DNA of 6,764 nucleotides from a virus (Duplodnaviria; Heunggongvirae; Uroviricota; Caudoviricetes): IMG/VR virus record IMGVR_UViG_2531839104_000020, positions 1 to 6,764 of that record; one strand, 5' to 3'. Shown piece by piece: positions 5,225 to 6,764 of this stretch (position 1 is its first letter; each line of letters starts with the position of its first letter). The notes under the pieces were generated by a model. It saw only the letters and a program-made list of their open reading frames with translations, ran no database searches and was not told where the DNA came from. The position numbers and the translations under genes were made by a program.

Positions 5225-6236
5225 AAAGGTGAAAACCGGCAGTTCATCCAGTAAGTCAGTATTGACCTGGCTTGCTGATATGTGCGGTGCCGATTTGTGT
5301 GCATACCCGTCTGTATCTGCACTGGCAGAAGTAACGGAACTGAACAAAAAGACTGTGCAGGACAGCTTACGACACCTGATGGAGATTGGGTTAATTGTTG
5401 ATACCGGTGAGAGAAAAGGCAGAACAAAGCAAATTGTGGTGTACCGACTTATCGGTGTAGAAGAAAGTGTTGCCGAGCCTGAATACACCCAAAAACGGGA
5501 GTCTTTAAAGGTGGGTAAAATTGGTGCTGTTAATAAAAACAGTACCGAAAATGGTTATGTTTCAGCACAAAACAGACCCAAAAACAGAACTCTTAGCTGC
5601 ATGGAAAATAACCAAAGACACCCAAATTTTCCATCAAAGACACCCAAAAACGGATCACGGAACCCAAAGGAACCCAAAGATCTAAACCCCACACATAACG
5701 CACGCGAGAGTGCTCCGACCAGTGAGCAGGAAGTTTTGTCGTTACAGGCAGCCCCCCCTGTATTCCTGTATGGCCTGAGCGAACCCATCGGAAAATTCCC
5801 GATGAGCGATAGCTGGTATCCGTCACGGGATTTTCGACGACGGGCTGCGTTGTGGGGGATGGCTTTGCCGGAGACAGAATTTACACCTGCTGAACTTGCC
5901 GCCTTCCGGGACTACTGGGCAGCGGAGGGGAAAGTGTTTACGCAGATTCAGTGGGAGCAGAAATTCGCCCGTCACGTAAATCACGTCAGGGCGCAGGTTA
6001 AACCAGTCAGCAAAGGGGTAAACCATGCAGCAGCACCAGGTGGCACCGCATCACGGGCAGTTCAGGAAATTCGGGCAGCACGTGAACAGTGGGAACGTGA
6101 AAACGGATTTATCAGCAACGGAAACGGCCTGGAAGCTGTGGGAACTCATGGGGGAGGTGTATTCGAACCGCTGGATCCAGAAGAACGGGGCCGCACCTTC
6201 GAAGCTCTGGATTGCACAGATTGGCGCGATGACTGA
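5196..6236 (+). CDS. Phage replication initiation protein (O-like): N-terminal HTH/winged-helix domain plus C-terminal DnaT-like domain
   Basis: Start chosen at ATG 5196 (MSIDALRWAKKV...) preceded by AGGGGGG. The C-terminal segment IGKFPMSDSWYPSRDFRRRAALWGMALPETEFTPAELAAFRDYWAAEGKVFTQIQWEQKFAR aligns convincingly with the C-terminal domain of E. coli primosomal protein DnaT as I recall it. A basic low-complexity linker is encoded by iteron-like repeats. The last roughly 70 codons overlap the P-like gene out of frame, so the true 3' end is uncertain. Confidence 0.7.
   Translation: MSIDALRWAKKVKTGSSSSKSVLTWLADMCGADLCAYPSVSALAEVTELNKKTVQDSLRHLMEIGLIVDTGERKGRTKQIVVYRLIGVEESVAEPEYTQKRESLKVGKIGAVNKNSTENGYVSAQNRPKNRTLSCMENNQRHPNFPSKTPKNGSRNPKEPKDLNPTHNARESAPTSEQEVLSLQAAPPVFLYGLSEPIGKFPMSDSWYPSRDFRRRAALWGMALPETEFTPAELAAFRDYWAAEGKVFTQIQWEQKFARHVNHVRAQVKPVSKGVNHAAAPGGTASRAVQEIRAAREQWERENGFISNGNGLEAVGTHGGGVFEPLDPEERGRTFEALDCTDWRDD
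5613..5679. repeat. Iteron-like direct repeats inside the O-like gene (candidate replication origin)
   Basis: CAAAGACACCCAAA at 5613..5626 and again at 5635..5648 (22-bp period); GAACCCAAAG in tandem at 5660..5669 and 5670..5679. Further CCCAAA cores lie nearby (5572..5587, 5685..5691), with an AT-richer stretch upstream (about 5530..5600). Confidence 0.4.
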
Positions 6237-6690
6237 GCAGCAAATCCGGCAGGTCTGCCGCCAGTGCATGGACCGCTGCCGGGCGGGTGAAACATGGCCT
6301 CCGGACCTGGCTGAGTTTGTGGCACTGATTTCGAAAAGCGGAGCCAATCCATTCGGTCTGACGGTGGATGCTGTGATGGAGGAGTACCGCCGCTGGCGCA
6401 ATGAGTCCTGGCGATACGACGGAAGTGATAAGTACCCGTGGTCTCAGCCTGTGCTGTATCACATTTGCCTCGAGATGCGTTCAAAGGGGATTGAGCGCCA
6501 GATGACCGAAGGGGAATTAAAACGGCTTGCAGAACGGCAACTGACGAAATGGGCAAAGCATGTTAGTAACGGCCTGAGCGTTCCGCCAGTCCGGCGACAA
6601 CTGGCGGCCCCCAAACGCCCGTCGGGGCCAACGCCAATTGAGTTGCTGAAACAGGAATATGAACGCCGGAAAGCGGCTGGTTTTGTTTGA
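6025..6690 (+). CDS. Replication protein P-like (lambda P family, DnaB helicase loader), 221 aa
   Basis: Colinear similarity to lambda P as I recall it: PPDLAEFVALI vs PSPGQFVAWC, KYPWSQPVLYHI vs SYPWKSNAHYWL, ELKRLAERQL vs ELRRKAADEL, and a similar C-terminal tail. Good RBS AAAGGGG 6 nt upstream of ATG 6025. The first 212 nt overlap the O-like ORF in another frame; alternative in-frame ATGs exist at 6148 and 6229. Confidence 0.7.
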   Translation: MQQHQVAPHHGQFRKFGQHVNSGNVKTDLSATETAWKLWELMGEVYSNRWIQKNGAAPSKLWIAQIGAMTEQQIRQVCRQCMDRCRAGETWPPDLAEFVALISKSGANPFGLTVDAVMEEYRRWRNESWRYDGSDKYPWSQPVLYHICLEMRSKGIERQMTEGELKRLAERQLTKWAKHVSNGLSVPPVRRQLAAPKRPSGPTPIELLKQEYERRKAAGFV

Positions 6691-6764
6691 GTTGAGAAGC
6701 GTTCAACAGCGCATGGGATCAATATAAAGATAAAGAAGATCGGCGTGATGACGCCAGTCGCGAA

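Noticed and set aside
4438..6722. Minus-strand ORFs antisense to the replication genes (4438..4800, 4840..5130, 5024..5488, 5221..5427, 5555..5788, 5593..5826, 5823..6026, 6051..6401, 6112..6462, 6146..6556, 6459..6722)
   Set aside because: They overlap well-supported plus-strand genes, are Ser/Pro/Arg/Cys-rich, and are expected by chance in GC-rich coding DNA.
1..6764. CRISPR array, tRNA or rRNA
   Set aside because: No regularly spaced direct repeats with unique spacers, and no cloverleaf-compatible or rRNA-like segments were seen.

Overview
This window reads as the left arm and immunity/replication core of a Qin (Kim)-type cryptic lambdoid prophage from an Escherichia-like enterobacterium. 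All assignments rest on reading the sequence and on protein sequences recalled from memory; no database search was run. On the minus strand, left to right in coordinates: a partial DinI-family gene (1..143), an AT-rich gap, the C-terminal catalytic half of a Rac/Qin-type tyrosine integrase (321..872) whose N-terminus is missing, a 414-aa protein of unknown function in the ydfE position (854..2098), a 62-aa signal-peptide protein in the ydfD position (2191..2379) translationally coupled to a DicB-like division inhibitor (2376..2564), a compact DicF-like sRNA with its terminator (about 2743..2781), roughly 340 bp of non-coding sequence, a small ORF that appears frameshifted (3123..3342), a 99-aa hypothetical ORF (3415..3714), and a DicA-type repressor (3978..4385). 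On the plus strand from 4462: a DicC/Cro-like gene, a YdaT-position protein, an O-like replication initiator with a DnaT-like C-terminal domain and internal iteron-like repeats, and a lambda P-like helicase loader. TTAG-N6-CTAA operator sites occur three times between dicA and dicC and twice more at a predicted minus-strand operon promoter near 3850..3902. I see no CRISPR array, tRNA or rRNA, and no complete IS element. Most of this is a recognisable, previously described module; the genuinely uncharacterised parts are the 414-aa protein, the 99-aa ORF, the frameshifted small ORF and the 340-bp non-coding stretch upstream of DicF.
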